44,350 bases of DNA from a virus: the UHGV virus genome UHGV-0187309; one strand, given 5' to 3'. Under the pieces are notes generated by a model. It made no database searches. It saw only the letters and a list, made by a program, of their open reading frames with translations, and was not told where the DNA came from. Each line of letters begins with the position of its first letter. Within the stretch, counting starts at the first letter, position 1. The position numbers and the translations under genes were made by a program. Below are positions 40,372 to 44,350 of this stretch, in pieces.

Positions 40372-43037
40372 TGGCGAGAACGGCAAAGGCAAGAGAAAGA
40401 CCTGCCAACTATCCGAAACTGAAGGATTATAAACCGACACGCTTTATGCTGCCGGAATCGCACTACGATGCGGCAAAGGCTGACCGAGCTGTGCGGTTCA
40501 TCGAGAATCTCTGCCATACCAAAGGACGCTGGGCAGGCAAACCGTTCTGGCTGCTTCCGTGGCAGGAACAGATCATCCGGGATATTTTCGGCATCGTCAA
40601 AGAGGACGATATGCGGCAATTTCGTACCGCCTATGTCGAAATTCCAAAGAAAAATGGGAAGCAGCTTGCACTGGATACACCGATCCCGACTCCGCAGGGA
40701 TTCACCAATATGGGAGATCTGAAGGTCGGAGATACAGTATTCGATGAAAACGGCATTCCGTGCCATGTGGTTGCGAAAAGTCCTGTGGATGATACAGAGC
40801 AAGCCTACAAGCTGACCTTCAAGGACGGCACCTCGATCATTGCCGGGGAAAGGCATCTGTGGAACTGTCAGTATATTTACGGCAAACGCAAGGATGTTCT
40901 CTGGACGACCGGCGAGATCTATCGCAGGACAACGGAATACAGACAGCGTTTTTCCGACAGACCACAGACAAAGCGGGATTCCCTTATCCGAATTCCGGTG
41001 TGCGGTGTCCTTCAGACAGAAGCGGCAGTTTTACCGATTGATCCGTATCTGTACGGCTACTGGCTCGGAAACGGTAATGTGACCATGCCGGAGATCACTG
41101 TTCGGACGGAGGATGTCGAGGATATCATCTCGAATATTCCGTATAAGGTACACAACCGTTATCCGCAGAAATGCGGCGGCAGTGAGATCATAAAGTACAA
41201 TGAACTGAAAGCAGTACTACTTGACAGCTTCCGTGAAAAGAAGATCCGACCAGAATATCTGAGGGCATCCGCAGAGCAGAGATGGGCATTACTGCAAGGG
41301 CTTATGGATTCGGACGGCTGTATCGGCGAACGCAAAGGGCAAAGTGTGTATGTCACAACGCTGCGAGAGCTGGCGCTTTCCGTCAGAGAACTGCTGTGGT
41401 CACTCGGCATCAAAAATGCAGTGAAATGTGAGCCTTCTACACGGCATGGGTGGCCGACCGGCGAGATTTTGTATATCGTCCGTTTTACAACCTTTGATGG
41501 CCAACCGACATCAAGGCTTAAACGCAAAAATACACGCACACAGGCGCGGTTAAAGGAAACTCGCTCCTGTTTTCATTATCTGCTGGATATTCAACCTGTA
41601 AATCATCCTGTAAAAATGCAGTGCATTCAGGTGGACAGTCCGAGTCACCAATATCTCGCAGGACCGTCATTTGTGCCTACGCACAACAGTGAGCTTGCAG
41701 CGGCAATTGCACTGTATCTGCTCTACGCCGACAACGAGCCGTCTGCTGAGGTCTACGGCGCTGCTGCTGATCGTGGGCAGGCATCCATTGTATTCGATGT
41801 CGCCAAAAGAATGGTTGAGATGACACCGGCACTTCTGAAACGCTCAAAAATCATGGCGGCGACAAAGCGTCTGGTGAATTACAGTAATGTTGGCTTTTAT
41901 CAGGTGCTTTCAGCGGAAGTCGGTACAAAGCACGGATTGAATGTATCCGGTCTGGTTTTGGATGAACTTCATGCCCAACCGAACCGCAGCCTTGTGGATG
42001 TTCTCACAAAGGGTTCCGGTGATGCCCGTACTCAGCCGCTGTACTTCCTGATCACAACCGCCGGAACGGATCGCAACAGCATCTGCTACGAGTATCACAC
42101 GAAAGCAAAAGATATTCTGGACGGCAGGCGCATTGATCCGTCCTTCTATCCTGTGATCTACGGCTTGAACGATGATGACGACTGGAACGCAGAGGAGTCA
42201 TGGTATAAGGCAAATCCCTCGCTCGGATACACTATCGCCATCGACCGAGTCCGCGATGCTCACCGGGAAGCCCTTACAAATCCCGCTGAAGAAAATGTAT
42301 TCCGTCAGCTGAGGCTTGACCAGTGGGTAGGCAGTGCGGTGGCATGGATTCCGGAGCATATCTACGACAGGGGCAATCTTCCGATCGACCTCGAAAAGCT
42401 CCGGGGACGGGAGTGCTACGCAGGTCTTGACCTATCCAGCACATCGGATATCACGGCATTTGTGCTGGTGTTCCCTCCGCTGCATGACGGCGAGAAATAC
42501 ATCGTTGTCCCGCACTTCTGGCTGCCGAGAGAAACGCTCGATTTGCGAGTACGGCGAGACCATGTTCCCTACGATGTATGGGAGCGCATGGGATTATTTC
42601 ATATCACCGAGGGCAATGTGGTCGATTACAATTTCGTGCGGAAAACGATCAACGAGCTGCACACGATGTACAACATCAAGGAAATTGCTGCCGACCGCTG
42701 GAATGCCACACAGCTTATCACAGACCTTGAGGGAGACGGATTTACCGTTGTTCCGATGGGTATGGGCTTCAAGGATATGTCCCCGCCGATGAAGGAACTG
42801 TACAAGCTCATACTCGAGGGGCAGTTTATCCACGGCGGCAACCCTGTACTCCGCTGGATGGCAGGAAATGTGGTCGCTGAAATTGATGCAGCGGAGAACA
42901 TCAAACCAAGTAAAAAGAAAAGTACAGAAAAGATTGACGGTATCGTGGCATGGATCATGGCACTTGACCGCTGCATCCGCCACGAAATGCAGGGCAGTGT
43001 CTATGACGAACCCGGCCACGATCTTGTGGTCATCTGA
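40371..43037 (+). CDS. terL: terminase large subunit (Terminase_1 type) interrupted by an intein in the Walker A loop
   Basis: Exteins join as EIPKKNGK|SELAAAIALYLLYADNEPSAEVYGAAADRGQA. Downstream LVLDELHA (Walker B) and a nuclease domain. 546 aa without the insert. Confidence 0.92.
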   Translation: MARTAKARERPANYPKLKDYKPTRFMLPESHYDAAKADRAVRFIENLCHTKGRWAGKPFWLLPWQEQIIRDIFGIVKEDDMRQFRTAYVEIPKKNGKQLALDTPIPTPQGFTNMGDLKVGDTVFDENGIPCHVVAKSPVDDTEQAYKLTFKDGTSIIAGERHLWNCQYIYGKRKDVLWTTGEIYRRTTEYRQRFSDRPQTKRDSLIRIPVCGVLQTEAAVLPIDPYLYGYWLGNGNVTMPEITVRTEDVEDIISNIPYKVHNRYPQKCGGSEIIKYNELKAVLLDSFREKKIRPEYLRASAEQRWALLQGLMDSDGCIGERKGQSVYVTTLRELALSVRELLWSLGIKNAVKCEPSTRHGWPTGEILYIVRFTTFDGQPTSRLKRKNTRTQARLKETRSCFHYLLDIQPVNHPVKMQCIQVDSPSHQYLAGPSFVPTHNSELAAAIALYLLYADNEPSAEVYGAAADRGQASIVFDVAKRMVEMTPALLKRSKIMAATKRLVNYSNVGFYQVLSAEVGTKHGLNVSGLVLDELHAQPNRSLVDVLTKGSGDARTQPLYFLITTAGTDRNSICYEYHTKAKDILDGRRIDPSFYPVIYGLNDDDDWNAEESWYKANPSLGYTIAIDRVRDAHREALTNPAEENVFRQLRLDQWVGSAVAWIPEHIYDRGNLPIDLEKLRGRECYAGLDLSSTSDITAFVLVFPPLHDGEKYIVVPHFWLPRETLDLRVRRDHVPYDVWERMGLFHITEGNVVDYNFVRKTINELHTMYNIKEIAADRWNATQLITDLEGDGFTVVPMGMGFKDMSPPMKELYKLILEGQFIHGGNPVLRWMAGNVVAEIDAAENIKPSKKKSTEKIDGIVAWIMALDRCIRHEMQGSVYDEPGHDLVVI
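40662..41687 (+). mobile_element. 342-aa intein (apparent class 3, Gln at position 1) with LAGLIDADG endonuclease domain
   Basis: QLALDTPIPTPQGF... block A. GERHLW (Trp two residues after the block B His). LYGYWLGNGN and LLQGLMDSDGCIG (LAGLIDADG pair). MQCIQVDSPSHQYLAG (block F Cys). VPTHN|S at the C-terminal junction. Confidence 0.78.
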
Positions 43038-43052
43038 CAGGAGGTAATGTTT

Positions 43053-44350
43053 ATGAGCTTTTTAAGCTGGCTCGGCATCAGCAAGCCGAGAGATGCGCCG
43101 ATGCTGCCTGATATTCAGGACAATGTCCGTGATTCTGGAAATCTGTTCGTATTCGGCATGACGCACAGCGGTGAACGTGTCGATGAGCGCACGGCGATGC
43201 AGATCGTGACTGTTTACGCCTGTGTTCGACTGCTCTCCAACACCATCGCAGGACTGCCGCTGCACCTATACAGATACACCGGCAAAGGCGATGATAAGGA
43301 ATTAGCCATTGACCATCCGCTGTACAAAATACTCTATCGGCAGCCGAATCCCGAAATGAGTTCATTCTCGTTCTGGGAAGCACTGATGTGCCACCTTTTA
43401 CTATGGGGCAACGCCTATGCACAGATTGTCCGGGACGGCAAAAACGGCATCCTCGGTCTCTATCCCCTGCTTCCCGAAAATGTCGAGATCGACCGTGATC
43501 CGAAATCCGGCGACCTGATCTACACTTACCACGCCTACACCGACGAAAAGCCCGGTGAGCATGACAAGGATATTATCTTCCGCAGGGATGAAATCTTACA
43601 CATCCCCGGTCTGGGATTCAATGGACTGGTCGGTTTCTCACCGATAGCGATGATGAAAAATGCACTCGGTGCGGTCATGGCAGTAGAGCGATACGGCAGC
43701 GCCTTCTTCAAAAACGGAGCGCAGCCTGCCGGAGTTCTCGAACATCCGGGCGTGCTGAAGGATCCGCAGAAGATCCGCGACAACTGGACAAAGGCATACG
43801 GCGGCGCACGGAACGCACACCGCATCGCAGTCCTCGAAGAAGGTATGCAGTATAAGCCAATCTCCCTGCCGCCGGAGGATTCGCAGTTTCTGTCCACAAG
43901 AGAATTCGATGTGGAGGAAATCTGCCGGATGTTTCAGGTTCCGCCGCATCTGGTACAAGACCTCAAACGCAGTACCTTCAATAACATCGAGCATCAGGGT
44001 ATTGCATTTGTGCAGTATTCTCTTATGCCGTGGATCATTCGCATCGAAAAGGGCATCATGAAAGACCTTCTTCTGGAGGAAGAACAGAATGTATATTTCC
44101 CGAAATTCAATGTGGACGGTCTGATGCGCGGCGACTACCAGAGCCGAATGAACGCCTACGCTATCGGTGTCGGCAACGGCTTTATGTCGCCCAATGATGT
44201 GCGCCGTCTTGAAAATATGGACTTGATCCCTGACGATCAGGGCGGCAACGACTACTACCTGAACGGCTCGTATAACAAGCTGGAGGATGCAGGTGCGGCA
44301 TATGCTCTGAATCAGCCGCAGGAACAGCCGGATACCGAGGAACAGGATGA
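43053..44350 (+). CDS. portal protein (HK97 family), C-terminally truncated by the window edge
   Basis: Own translation from ATG 43053 (AGGAGGTAA RBS): MSFLSWLGISKPRDAP...TAMQIVTVYACVRLLSNTIAGLPLHLY...LLLWGNAYAQIVRDGKNGILGLYPL...FFKNGAQPAGVLEHPG... Open to the last base. Confidence 0.9.
   Translation, partial: MSFLSWLGISKPRDAPMLPDIQDNVRDSGNLFVFGMTHSGERVDERTAMQIVTVYACVRLLSNTIAGLPLHLYRYTGKGDDKELAIDHPLYKILYRQPNPEMSSFSFWEALMCHLLLWGNAYAQIVRDGKNGILGLYPLLPENVEIDRDPKSGDLIYTYHAYTDEKPGEHDKDIIFRRDEILHIPGLGFNGLVGFSPIAMMKNALGAVMAVERYGSAFFKNGAQPAGVLEHPGVLKDPQKIRDNWTKAYGGARNAHRIAVLEEGMQYKPISLPPEDSQFLSTREFDVEEICRMFQVPPHLVQDLKRSTFNNIEHQGIAFVQYSLMPWIIRIEKGIMKDLLLEEEQNVYFPKFNVDGLMRGDYQSRMNAYAIGVGNGFMSPNDVRRLENMDLIPDDQGGNDYYLNGSYNKLEDAGAAYALNQPQEQPDTEEQD

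Noticed and set aside
1-44350. Search by eye for CRISPR arrays, tRNA/tmRNA, rRNA, transposase/IS ends, integrase, att sites, reverse transcriptase (DGR/retron)
   Set aside because: None recognised. The only regularly spaced repeats are the promoter/leader cassettes, which have unequal gene-sized spacers and are not CRISPR-like. The integrase and attachment site presumably lie beyond the left edge.

Overview
Nearly the whole window reads as one temperate tailed phage or prophage of an anaerobic Gram-positive, Clostridia-like host. This rests on GGAGG-type RBSs, nrdDG, and gene families typical of Firmicutes mobile elements. All family calls come from motifs I recognised by eye; no database search was possible. 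Layout: (1) 1-3955, minus strand: a lysogeny side with separately promoted and terminated accessory units (GHKL ATPase fragment, HExxH protein, SRAP peptidase, thymidine kinase) and a CI-like XRE/S24 repressor. (2) 3956-7700: back-to-back consensus promoters, a 642-aa ImmA-like/HTH fusion at the cro position, a structured intergenic region with a candidate sRNA, and a sigma-70 region-4-like protein. (3) 7.8-20.1 kb: replication module with DUF2800 nuclease, DUF2815 SSB-like protein, family A DNA polymerase split by an intein, DUF932-like protein, VRR-NUC, free-standing HNH, SNF2 helicase, MazF-like toxin, prim-pol/P4-type primase-helicase and an ori-like iteron palindrome. (4) 20.3-31.1 kb: metK, HNH, nrdD/nrdG and three DNA methyltransferases, including an 867-aa Dcm with a very long repetitive target-recognition region. 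(5) 31.2-39.8 kb: an accessory block with RHH, SLOG/DUF2493, amidoligase, gamma-glutamylcyclotransferase, DUF4314, DUF3846 and many small ORFs. It is organised as nine repeated promoter + conserved-leader + stem-loop cassettes. (6) 39.9-44.35 kb: terS, terL split in its P-loop by an apparent class-3 intein, and a portal gene that runs off the right edge. I rank four items highest: the repeated regulatory cassette array upstream of terS, the multi-TRD Dcm with phage metK, a two-copy nut/put-like structured element, and the non-canonical terL intein. I saw no CRISPR array, tRNA, rRNA or transposase.
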